A stretch of 32,000 nt of DNA, taken from contig NC_006138.1 of NCBI RefSeq assembly GCF_000025945.1, positions 2,970,001 through 3,002,000 on the forward strand, written 5' to 3'. How positions within the stretch are numbered: position 1 is the stretch's first letter; each line of letters opens with the position of its first letter. The stretch is from Desulfotalea psychrophila LSv54. Lineage in GTDB: Bacteria > Desulfobacterota > Desulfobulbia > Desulfobulbales > Desulfocapsaceae. The position numbers and the translations under genes were made by a program. Below the pieces are notes generated by a model that saw nothing but the letters and a program-made list of their open reading frames with translations, was not told the origin of the DNA and ran no database searches. Below are positions 18,445 through 26,937 of this stretch, piece by piece.

Positions 18445-19710
18445 ATGGAAATTATTGCCGCACATGGCACAGCAATGCTCATTATGGCCGTTATATTCGG
18501 CCTGTATATGACCTGGGGCATAGGCGCTAACGACCTCGCTAATGCCATGGGAACTTCGGTTGGAGCCGGAGCGATCACCGTAAAGCAGGCCATTGGAATT
18601 GCTATTTTTTTTGAATTCCTTGGAGCTGTTATTGCAGGTGGAAATGTTACTAAAACCATTCGAAAGGGAATTATTGATCCCTCAACCCTGGTCAACACGC
18701 CTGAGATACTCGTCTACGGCATGCTTGCCGCCCTTCTTGCGGCAGCAGTATGGCTAATGATAGCCTCATCCCGTGGTTGGCCTGTATCCACCACCCACTC
18801 CATTATCGGTGCTCTGGTGGGCTTTGCCATAGTTGGCATTGGTCCGGGAGCCGTGCATTGGGGAAAAATAGGCAGTGTTGTTGCCAGTTGGATTGTCTCA
18901 CCTATAATTGGTGGAACCATCGCCTATCTGCTCGTTATGAGCACCAGAAAGCTTATTTTTGACACAGCTAACCCTCTTAAAAATGCCAAAAGATATGCGC
19001 CCTTCTATGTCTTTCTAGTAGGGTTTATCATCTCGCTGGTTACCCTCTTTAAGGGTTTGAAGCATCTCAACATCGACCTCACCTCAGGGCAAAGTCTTCT
19101 CTGTGCTGCTCTTTTTGGTTGTTTTACCGCCCTTATGGGTTGGTATCTCACCAAAGACATTAAAGAGGATGTTACTGCCAACCGAGAGTTCAGCTTTGCA
19201 AGTGTTGAGAGGGTATTCACCCCCATGATGCTCTTCACTGCCTGCTCCATGGCCTTCGCCCACGGCTCAAATGACGTAGCCAATGGCATTGGACCACTTG
19301 CTGCCGTCTATAGCATTATTAGCTCCGGTGGTGAAGTTATGCAGGACTCACAGCTTCCCATCTGGATCCTTCTTCTAGGTGGTGCGGGTATTGTCCTTGG
19401 TCTTATCACCCTCGGTTACCGGGTAATGCTTACCGTGGGGAAAAAAATCACAGAGCTTACCCCCTCCCGAGGTTTCTGCGCAGAACTTGCCGCAGCCATT
19501 ACCGTTGTTATTGCTTCGCGTACGGGACTGCCTGTTTCCACCACTCATATCCTTGTCGGCTCCGTACTCGGGGTAGGCCTGGCACGAGGAGTAGGAGCAC
19601 TTGACCTGCGGGTGATCCTCAACATTGTCATATCCTGGGTTGTCACCCTGCCCGCAGGGGCATTTATGGCAATGCTCTTCTTCTTCACCCTTAAGGGTAT
19701 CTTTGGTTAA
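18445..19710 (+). CDS. pit: Inorganic phosphate transporter, PiT family
   Basis: 421 aa polytopic membrane ORF with two inverted signature motifs: GANDLANAMGTSVGAGAITVKQA and HGSNDVANGIGPLAAVYSI, and duplicated GWPVSTTHSI / GLPVSTTHIL. Confidence 0.96.
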   Translation: MEIIAAHGTAMLIMAVIFGLYMTWGIGANDLANAMGTSVGAGAITVKQAIGIAIFFEFLGAVIAGGNVTKTIRKGIIDPSTLVNTPEILVYGMLAALLAAAVWLMIASSRGWPVSTTHSIIGALVGFAIVGIGPGAVHWGKIGSVVASWIVSPIIGGTIAYLLVMSTRKLIFDTANPLKNAKRYAPFYVFLVGFIISLVTLFKGLKHLNIDLTSGQSLLCAALFGCFTALMGWYLTKDIKEDVTANREFSFASVERVFTPMMLFTACSMAFAHGSNDVANGIGPLAAVYSIISSGGEVMQDSQLPIWILLLGGAGIVLGLITLGYRVMLTVGKKITELTPSRGFCAELAAAITVVIASRTGLPVSTTHILVGSVLGVGLARGVGALDLRVILNIVISWVVTLPAGAFMAMLFFFTLKGIFG

Positions 19711-19718
19711 AACTCTCT

Positions 19719-19755
19719 TTGGTTGCAAATATTTTAAAAAAATATTTGCAACCAA
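19719..19755. terminator. Long perfect hairpin between convergent pit and M48 peptidase genes, likely bidirectional terminator
   Basis: TTGGTTGCAAATATTTT (19719-19735), AAA loop, AAAATATTTGCAACCAA (19739-19755): perfect 17-bp stem. Stop codons of the two genes flank it within 9 nt and 4 nt. Confidence 0.7.
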
Positions 19756-19758
19756 TGC

Positions 19759-21228
19759 CTACTTACCCTGCAAACGATCAAGCAACTCCAGAGCCTTCTC
19801 ACTCTCCTCCTTTATTTTCTTAGTCGTTTTCGCATTTTTAATCGTCTGGTTAAAATTAAAACGAGCAAGCCTTAGCCTCCCCCTATACAGATTATATTTG
19901 CCAAGATAATAGGTAGCCATACCCTTTTTTTTCTGACTACTGGCAAGACGCCCCAGTTCATAGTAGGCCTTATCATATTCAGGCATAGCACTGAGGACAC
20001 TCTTATAATACTTTTCTGCCTGGGTAATATCTCCCCTTCTTGCCATCAACCTGCCAAGGTTAAAAATGGCAAAGAGATTGCCAGCATCACGGGCCAAGGT
20101 CGCCCGCAAATCCTGCTCTGCCGCCACAAGCTGCCCCGCCTCAAGCTGAATATATCCCCTGTCACCAATCAATGCGATCTTATCCGGAAAATCCTTAATT
20201 GCTTGGTTTATATACTGAAGACTTCTTGGATAATCATTTTCTCGCAGGGCAACAAGGGCAAGACCATAGCCTGACATCTTTTTTTCAAACTCTGTTGAGC
20301 GGGCAGAGGTATGAAGACTAATAAGCAGATCACGAAAGGAGGCAGACTCTGTTACCTGAGAAAGCACCCTGTACTTAAAACGAAAAAAAGCAAAATTATC
20401 AACTTTAACAATCCCTCTACCACCTCGTTTCTTATCAATAATGACAAGAGATTCAACATACTCAAGCCGAGCCTCTGGATTGGGGTGAGTCACAAGATAC
20501 TGAGGAAGTTTTTCACTGCGATAACGGGCAATGCGACGCATTGTACCCAACATCTTCACCTGTCCCTGCGGATCCCGGTGCAGGGCCTTCATCCAATCAT
20601 AGGCAAGCAAATCAGCCTCCTCCTCATGGATACGGCTATAGTGAAGGGATATACTTCGTCCCGTGGCCATGGCTCCAACTAACAGGGCTGGAGCAAGGGC
20701 TCCACCGGTCAGAAGAGCAAGCAGGGCAAGACCCGCAGTAGCTACAGTACTCACCTTACCCTTATCCATCCTGGCGGCAAGATGCCTCCTGACAACATGA
20801 CCAATTTCATGGGCAAGTACTGAGACGAGCTCATCCTCGGAGTTCATTGCCGCAATAAGGCCGGAATAAAAGAAGATCAATCCCGAAGGAGCAGCGAAGG
20901 CATTAAAGTCCTTACTATCAACAACATAAAAATGATAATCAAAATACTGAATGCCCGCAACACGAAGCACCTCATCACCCAAGGAGTTTATATACTGGTC
21001 AATATCAGGATCATCAACAAGAGGAAAAGCTCCACGGACTGAATAGAGGAGCTTAGCACCCAACTCCTGCTCTTCCTTAACACTAAAGGCTGAGCTCGTT
21101 GCCGGCATACTGACAATAAAGAAAAAAGCTACAAGAACAGCCGTGTATTTACGGTGATACCTTTTAATCTTTTTTAAAAGACGCAACGAGACATATAATT
21201 CCCTCTTCCATTGAGACAATAGGTGCAT
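19759..21228 (-). CDS. M48 family zinc metallopeptidase with TPR repeats (BepA/LoiP-like), exported
   Basis: ORF in the track reaches 21294; ATG at 21228 is a plausible start but uncertain. N-terminal hydrophobic segment VLVAFFFIVSMPATSSAFS, then HEIGHVVRRH zinc motif, EEEADLLAYDWM, and C-terminal TPR-like repeats. Confidence 0.88.
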   Translation of the reverse strand: MHLLSQWKRELYVSLRLLKKIKRYHRKYTAVLVAFFFIVSMPATSSAFSVKEEQELGAKLLYSVRGAFPLVDDPDIDQYINSLGDEVLRVAGIQYFDYHFYVVDSKDFNAFAAPSGLIFFYSGLIAAMNSEDELVSVLAHEIGHVVRRHLAARMDKGKVSTVATAGLALLALLTGGALAPALLVGAMATGRSISLHYSRIHEEEADLLAYDWMKALHRDPQGQVKMLGTMRRIARYRSEKLPQYLVTHPNPEARLEYVESLVIIDKKRGGRGIVKVDNFAFFRFKYRVLSQVTESASFRDLLISLHTSARSTEFEKKMSGYGLALVALRENDYPRSLQYINQAIKDFPDKIALIGDRGYIQLEAGQLVAAEQDLRATLARDAGNLFAIFNLGRLMARRGDITQAEKYYKSVLSAMPEYDKAYYELGRLASSQKKKGMATYYLGKYNLYRGRLRLARFNFNQTIKNAKTTKKIKEESEKALELLDRLQGK

Positions 21229-22183
21229 ATCCAAAATCCTTTTGGGCATTTTCAATAGAAAAATAGTGTGATTTTGCCAGTTGCTCCGCAACAAATCTGG
21301 TCATGGGCGGATCGTTTTGCAGGCCAAGAACTCTATAGGCACCTTCAAAAAAGGCGCCCAAAGCATAGGCCAGAGAGAAGGGCACAGATCTTTCAAGCGG
21401 TGGCACATCCAGACGAACAAAGAGCTCATTAAGCCAATCCCACAGATTCACAGGCTGGCCCTGACTGATAAAATAGGCCCTGCCAGCAGCTGTTCCAGCG
21501 CGCAGCAAATTATTTGCCGCCAGCAGATGGGCATGGGCAACATTATCCACATAGGATACATCAACAATATTATCTTTTTTGCCAACAATCTTCAAACGAT
21601 TTTGCAGGCGACTGGCCACCAGACGAGGAATGAGATGCGGATCGCCAGGCCCCCAAACCAGATGGGGCCGCAGGGCAACACAGGCAAGGCGGGAGGGATC
21701 TACCGCAAGCACAGACTTCTCCGCCATCACCTTGCTTTTGGCATAGTGACAGAGAAATTTTTCCGGATAGGGCAGACTCTCATCTCCATTAGCAATCGAC
21801 TGTCGATTAAAAACAACCGAGGGGGTCGAGGTATAGACCAGGGCCCGAACCCGACCTAGACAGGCTGCGATAACAGACTGCGTCCCCAGAACATTGGTCT
21901 TGTAATAATCATCCCATTCACCCCAAATACCTGCCAGAGCGGCAACATGAAAAACCACATCCATACCCTCAACGGCACCCACCATAAAGGCCTGGTCACC
22001 GATATCTCCCCGGTAACATTCAACCCCCATGGCCTCAAGCTGAGGATAGAGACCACGGCCAACAACACGCACCTGAACTCCATCGGCCAGTAGCATCTGG
22101 ACAATTGCCCGACCGACAAAACCATTTCCACCTGTGACCAGGGCCCTCTCTATTTTGCCCGTGACAACTCTTGACTGGCCCAT
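21164..22183 (-). CDS. oleD: NAD(P)-dependent epimerase/3-beta-HSD family reductase, OleD-like
   Basis: 339 aa ORF: ALVTGGNGFVGRAIVQMLLADG Rossmann motif, YAKSKVMAEK active site, and adjacency to OleC-like and OleB-like genes. Confidence 0.8.
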   Translation of the reverse strand: MGQSRVVTGKIERALVTGGNGFVGRAIVQMLLADGVQVRVVGRGLYPQLEAMGVECYRGDIGDQAFMVGAVEGMDVVFHVAALAGIWGEWDDYYKTNVLGTQSVIAACLGRVRALVYTSTPSVVFNRQSIANGDESLPYPEKFLCHYAKSKVMAEKSVLAVDPSRLACVALRPHLVWGPGDPHLIPRLVASRLQNRLKIVGKKDNIVDVSYVDNVAHAHLLAANNLLRAGTAAGRAYFISQGQPVNLWDWLNELFVRLDVPPLERSVPFSLAYALGAFFEGAYRVLGLQNDPPMTRFVAEQLAKSHYFSIENAQKDFGYAPIVSMEEGIICLVASFKKD

Positions 22184-23775
22184 ACCGATAATTTCTCCCG
22201 AAATATTTTCGCATTATGTCGAATATCCACGGGAAAAGACCTGTGAACAAGAAAGTGTTCTATCTCAGCGGTAAGAGGGTCAGCCGCCGCAAGTGCTCGA
22301 ACATCCTCCAGTAGATCCCCATCCGAAATAGTGGCCCCCTTTTTCTTCTCGACAATAAGGGCGGGCTCTGTAACTCCTCCAATCCCCTTTACTGCCACAA
22401 GGGCCGAACGGTAGACATCATCATGCTCATTAACAATGGCCTCACAGGGAATGGTGAAGAGGGTTCCCGCTTCTGTCACCACCCGATGAGCACGACGGCC
22501 ACAGAACCACAACAGACCATCCACATCAAGATAACCGGTATCACCCATACGATGCCAAAAGGTGGCCCCATCCTCTATTTTAGCCAGACGGGTCTCGTGG
22601 GCATTATTATCATAGGCCCGAGTAACCACATTACCGCGGACAATAATTTCTCCTATCTCTCCTGCGGCACAGACCTGCACATCCTCTATACAGGCAATAG
22701 GATCATCGGAAATAGTAATAACCCGCACCTCCATACCGGGTAGGGCACGGCCAACACAGGCGCCTGCCCCCCGCCTACTTCTCTCCCAGGTCGAAGACAA
22801 AATTTCCCTGCCGGTGATGGAGACAATGGGCAGACTCTCCGTCGCCCCATAGGGGGTAAATATCTCTGCATCCTTTGGCAGCATCTTCTCCACCCTCTGT
22901 AAAAGCTCACCAGATACGGGGGCACCTGCCATGAGGACCTTCTTCAGAGAGGGCAGAACAATCTTTTTCTGCACACAGTAGTGACTCACCACATTCCAGA
23001 TAGCCGGCGAACCAAAGGAGTAGGTCACTCCATATTTTTCAATCGATGCGATATACTTTTGCGGATCAACCTGAGCCGGCTTGGTCGGATCCATATCAGG
23101 AATCACAGCACAGGCCCCGAGAGACGTTGAAAAGAGGGCAAAGAGAGGGAAGCCAGGCTGATCAACATCGCCTACACCGATACCGTAGTATTTCCCCACA
23201 TGCTCACGTTGGGCGGCAAAGAGATCATGTTCATAACGGACGCCCTTAGGGGCACCGGTGGATCCCGTGGTAAAGATAATTGCCGCCAGATCATCCTTTT
23301 TAGGCTGATGGGCTGGATAGGCATGCATGCTCTTCACCCCGGCCCTGCGAATATCCGGCCCAAATATCCCACAGGCACTCCCACAACAGAAAGAGAGCCT
23401 GATGGTGGAGAAGGTACGGCGAAACAGCCTGGAGACCAGAAGCGCCTTGGGAATGCCTATCAAAACAGCAGGCGTCACCCGGGCAATACAACGCAATAAG
23501 TTCTTATAGCCCATGCCCGGATCAATCAGAATAACAGGAGCACCAAGCTTAAAAAGGGCAAAGGTCAGACAGATAAAATCCGCCGATGGCTTGACCATCA
23601 GCATGACGCGATCGCCCGATTTAACGCCTGAATCACGGAGATAATGAGCATAACTATCGGAGAGACGATTCAGCTCTGCAAAGGACATTTCACGCCCCGT
23701 GGCAGCCTCAACAAGCCCTCTCTGCTCTCCATACTTCTGGGCAACCTCCTGCAGGGTTCTACCAATATTCAGCAC
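22150..23775 (-). CDS. oleC: AMP-dependent synthetase/ligase family, OleC (beta-lactone synthetase)-like
   Basis: 541 aa ORF: AAIIFTTGSTGAPKGVRYEHDLF (A3 motif), TPYGATESLPI, MGDTGYLDVDGLLWFCGRRAHRV; the GRRAHRV motif and gene context fit OleC. Confidence 0.85.
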   Translation of the reverse strand: MLNIGRTLQEVAQKYGEQRGLVEAATGREMSFAELNRLSDSYAHYLRDSGVKSGDRVMLMVKPSADFICLTFALFKLGAPVILIDPGMGYKNLLRCIARVTPAVLIGIPKALLVSRLFRRTFSTIRLSFCCGSACGIFGPDIRRAGVKSMHAYPAHQPKKDDLAAIIFTTGSTGAPKGVRYEHDLFAAQREHVGKYYGIGVGDVDQPGFPLFALFSTSLGACAVIPDMDPTKPAQVDPQKYIASIEKYGVTYSFGSPAIWNVVSHYCVQKKIVLPSLKKVLMAGAPVSGELLQRVEKMLPKDAEIFTPYGATESLPIVSITGREILSSTWERSRRGAGACVGRALPGMEVRVITISDDPIACIEDVQVCAAGEIGEIIVRGNVVTRAYDNNAHETRLAKIEDGATFWHRMGDTGYLDVDGLLWFCGRRAHRVVTEAGTLFTIPCEAIVNEHDDVYRSALVAVKGIGGVTEPALIVEKKKGATISDGDLLEDVRALAAADPLTAEIEHFLVHRSFPVDIRHNAKIFREKLSVWASQELSRAK

Positions 23776-23776
23776 C

Positions 23777-24643
23777 TTAATCTTCCTCGCAAACTGTGAA
23801 AAAACGTTCTAATCGCGGAGCAATATCAGCAAACTCATCTTCTAATATATAGTGACCGCCATTTTCGTAATATACCTTTTCCGCATAGGGAACCCGCTCA
23901 CACCACTGCCGATAAAAGTGATCATTAAAGCAGAAGTCCTTTCCACCCCAGAGGATAAGGGTTGGCACCTGCCGCGCGACCAGGGCCTCTAGCCCCCGCT
24001 CCACCTCCACCAGGGTTCCATAGCTGGGATGGGCTGAGTTCAGCGGAATATCATGGACAAATCCATAAACAGCAACCCGTTTTTCCCAGTTCGAGTAGGG
24101 AGCAAGATATCCCGCCACCACCTCTTTGGATAATCTCTTCTGCACGGCCATAAAGCTTGCAGGCCAGGCAAAACCATTCAGTCCTCGGACAAGATACTCA
24201 CCAAAAAGAGGAGCCCGACAGAGACTGATACGCAGGGGTATATGAGTTGAACGAAATGCTGCGGTATTCAATACCACCAATTTTTCTACCCTCTCCGGGG
24301 CAAATGCAGCACAGCCAACCCCGATGGCCCCACCCCAGTCATGAACCACCAGAGAATATTTTTCTATCTGAAGATGCTCCAGCAGCTGAAAAAGATTCTG
24401 CCGATGGGTTTGCAGGGTATAGGAATAATCCTGGGGCTTATCCGAAAGACCACAACCCATATGATCCACGGCAATAATGCGGTGGGTCTTAGAGAGAAGG
24501 CTGATGACTCTACGGTAATAAAATGACCAGGTTGGATTACCATGGACCAGGACAATGACGGGGCCATGCCCCTCATCCACATAGTGCAGACGTTGACCGC
24601 CTATTTCGAAATAATTCGATTGAAAAGGATACTCTGTAAACAC
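23777..24643 (-). CDS. oleB: Alpha/beta hydrolase of haloalkane-dehalogenase-like family, OleB-like
   Basis: 288 aa ORF: VLVHGNPTWSFYYRRVI (oxyanion region), VVHDWGGAIG (Asp nucleophile elbow), terminal NGGHYILEDE (His). Confidence 0.82.
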   Translation of the reverse strand: MFTEYPFQSNYFEIGGQRLHYVDEGHGPVIVLVHGNPTWSFYYRRVISLLSKTHRIIAVDHMGCGLSDKPQDYSYTLQTHRQNLFQLLEHLQIEKYSLVVHDWGGAIGVGCAAFAPERVEKLVVLNTAAFRSTHIPLRISLCRAPLFGEYLVRGLNGFAWPASFMAVQKRLSKEVVAGYLAPYSNWEKRVAVYGFVHDIPLNSAHPSYGTLVEVERGLEALVARQVPTLILWGGKDFCFNDHFYRQWCERVPYAEKVYYENGGHYILEDEFADIAPRLERFFTVCEED

Positions 24644-25175
24644 AAGTCCCCACTTATATTTAAATTTAACATAAGTGCACCTCCAAATATCTGAAGATAC
24701 GCGTAATAGATCAGCTATAACGATTTTCTATCTCTACTGCTCAAAGGCCTCCTGACAATCTTACAAAAGGCAGAGCTCTTCGCCGAAGATAACTATACTA
24801 TCTTAGTAAATTTCTGCACCGAAGTTCTCCTCCCTTAGAGAGAAGGGACTCTCTTTTATGAGAAATTTCTTTTTCTATAACAACAAGGGGCCCTCTTGCT
24901 CCTTTGCCCGATTTAATAGCCACAGTCTCTACCAACGCTATCTCTCTCCCCGCTCTGCCAGATCAACTCTTTTTTTCCTAAGTGCTCAAAAAAAATCATC
25001 CTTAGAAAAAGCCCCCAAGCTCCAAATAAAACTAAAAAAAAGAATTGGCACAATCAGCAAAAAATAAAATTTACTTTAGCAAAATCGCTGTCTGGTGTAG
25101 ACTGTTTTGTTTTGCAGTTAATAACTAACCTAGAACGAACAATTCTCTTGCAGAGAGACTTATAAATAAAACACT

Positions 25176-26894
25176 ATGACAAACAAAGAAATTATAAAAA
25201 GATTGTACCACGAGATCATTCCCTATAAAATCCCGCTATTTATAGCAATGTTTGCCATGATTGTCGTAGCGGCCCTCACGGGCGCTCAGGCATATTTGGT
25301 GAAGGATCTCCTCGATAAAATCTTTATGGAAAAAGATGTCTTTTTTCTGCAAATACTTCCCCTTATTATTATTGCCATCTTCTTCACTAAGGGTGTCCTC
25401 TACTATACCTATGCAATCATTCTTGAGAGGGTTGGTCAATCTATTATTCGTGATTTTCGTCTGAAAATATTTGCCCACATACACCGCCAATCCCTCTCCT
25501 TTTTCCATAACACCCCGACAGGCACCTTGATATCCAGAGTGCTCTCCGACGTTGCTCTTATGCAACAGGCTGTCTCCACTGTTATCATCCAGCTCCTACG
25601 AGATTTTTTCCAAGTGATCTTCCTGCTTGGCGTCATCTTCTACATGAACTGGAAACTTGCCCTGATATGTTTTCTCATCATCCCCCTGGCAGCCATCCCC
25701 ATCGTCAAATTTGGTAAAATCTTCAGAAAGCTGAGCACAAAAACCCAGGAGGAGACTGCTGAAGTCTCCAACATGCTCCATGAGACAATTTCCGGAAGCA
25801 GAATTGTCAAAGCATTCTGCCGAGAAGATTATGAGGTAGAGCGCTTTCACAGGCAAGTAGAGACACTCTTTACCATCACCATGAAGAATGCAAAATACCG
25901 CGTATTCCAAAGCCCCCTGATGGAAATAATAGGTGGTTTTGCCGTAGCGGGCATCATCTGGGTGGGCGGCAGTGAAGTCATTAACGGCTCGGCAACACCG
26001 GGTACCTTTTTTGCCTTCTTAACAGCAATGATCACCGCCTACGACCCCGTGAAGCGAGTCAGTCAAGTCAACTCAACGATCCAACAGGGACTTGCCTCGG
26101 CACAACGGGTCTTTGCCATATTGGATATTAAGCCGGAAATAGAGGACAAGCCGGAAGCAACGTCCCTCGCCCCCTTCAAAGAATCCATCGAGTTTCATGA
26201 TGTTTCCTTCTCCTACGGAACAGAAAAAATTCTCTCTCACATCAACCTGAAGGTCCCTGCCGGAGAGGCCCTGGCCATTGTCGGCCCCAGCGGTGGGGGT
26301 AAAACAACCCTTACCAACCTTATTCCCAGGTTTATTGACTTGCAAGAGGGTTCAATCACCATCGACGGCACCGATATTAGAGATGTCACCACCAACTCCC
26401 TGCGCAATCAAATTGCCATGGTCACCCAACAGACAATTCTCTTTAACGACACCATCAGAAACAATATCGCCTACGGCAAGGACAGCTGTACAGAAGAGGA
26501 GATCAGACGGGCGGCAAAGGCAGCCCATGCCCTGACCTTTATAGAGGAACTTCCCAATGGCTTTGATACCGCCCTCGGCGAGGGAGGGGCAAAACTCTCG
26601 GGCGGACAGCGCCAGAGAATCTCTATTGCCCGGGCCCTCCTGGCCGATGCCCCCATTCTTATTTTAGATGAGGCAACCTCAGCCCTCGATACAGAATCAG
26701 AACGAGAGGTACAAAAGGCCCTGGAAAACCTTATGCAAAACCGAACAACCTTTGTTATTGCCCATAGACTTTCAACAATCAAAAACGCATCTCGAATTGT
26801 GGTGGTCAAAAAGGGAAAAATAGTAGAAGAGGGAAGTCACGAGGAACTGCTAAAGCTTGAGGGCGAATACCAACTACTCTACAATATGCAATAG
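25176..26894 (+). CDS. msbA: ABC transporter, fused permease/ATPase, lipid A export (MsbA)-like
   Basis: 572 aa ORF: six-TM domain then Walker A VGPSGGGKTTLTNLI, signature KLSGGQRQRISIARALL, Walker B PILILDEATSALD. Confidence 0.9.
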   Translation: MTNKEIIKRLYHEIIPYKIPLFIAMFAMIVVAALTGAQAYLVKDLLDKIFMEKDVFFLQILPLIIIAIFFTKGVLYYTYAIILERVGQSIIRDFRLKIFAHIHRQSLSFFHNTPTGTLISRVLSDVALMQQAVSTVIIQLLRDFFQVIFLLGVIFYMNWKLALICFLIIPLAAIPIVKFGKIFRKLSTKTQEETAEVSNMLHETISGSRIVKAFCREDYEVERFHRQVETLFTITMKNAKYRVFQSPLMEIIGGFAVAGIIWVGGSEVINGSATPGTFFAFLTAMITAYDPVKRVSQVNSTIQQGLASAQRVFAILDIKPEIEDKPEATSLAPFKESIEFHDVSFSYGTEKILSHINLKVPAGEALAIVGPSGGGKTTLTNLIPRFIDLQEGSITIDGTDIRDVTTNSLRNQIAMVTQQTILFNDTIRNNIAYGKDSCTEEEIRRAAKAAHALTFIEELPNGFDTALGEGGAKLSGGQRQRISIARALLADAPILILDEATSALDTESEREVQKALENLMQNRTTFVIAHRLSTIKNASRIVVVKKGKIVEEGSHEELLKLEGEYQLLYNMQ

Positions 26895-26902
26895 GACTCC
26901 TC

Positions 26903-26932
26903 TCCCTGTTGCCGCTCAGTTGGTAACAGGGA
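26903..26932. terminator. Hairpin between convergent msbA and histidine kinase genes
   Basis: TCCCTGTTGCC (26903-26913) / GGTAACAGGGA (26922-26932); 11-bp stem with one wobble. Confidence 0.55.
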
Positions 26933-26937
26933 AAGGA

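Noticed and set aside
18075-18698. 207 aa minus-strand ORF
   Set aside because: Spans the end of DUF47 and start of pit on the opposite strand; translation is Ser/Pro/Arg-rich noise.
19625-19909. 94 aa + strand ORF after pit
   Set aside because: Crosses the intergenic hairpin and the 3' end of the M48 gene; an out-of-frame artefact.
25047-25065. TTGGCACAATCAGCAA considered as a sigma54 promoter for msbA
   Set aside because: GG to GC spacing is 8 nt rather than the required 10 nt.
24858-25067. 69 aa + strand ORF between oleB and msbA; considered as a possible remnant of oleA
   Set aside because: No thiolase-like sequence (Ser/Lys-rich, low complexity) and far too short; gives no support for an oleA fragment.
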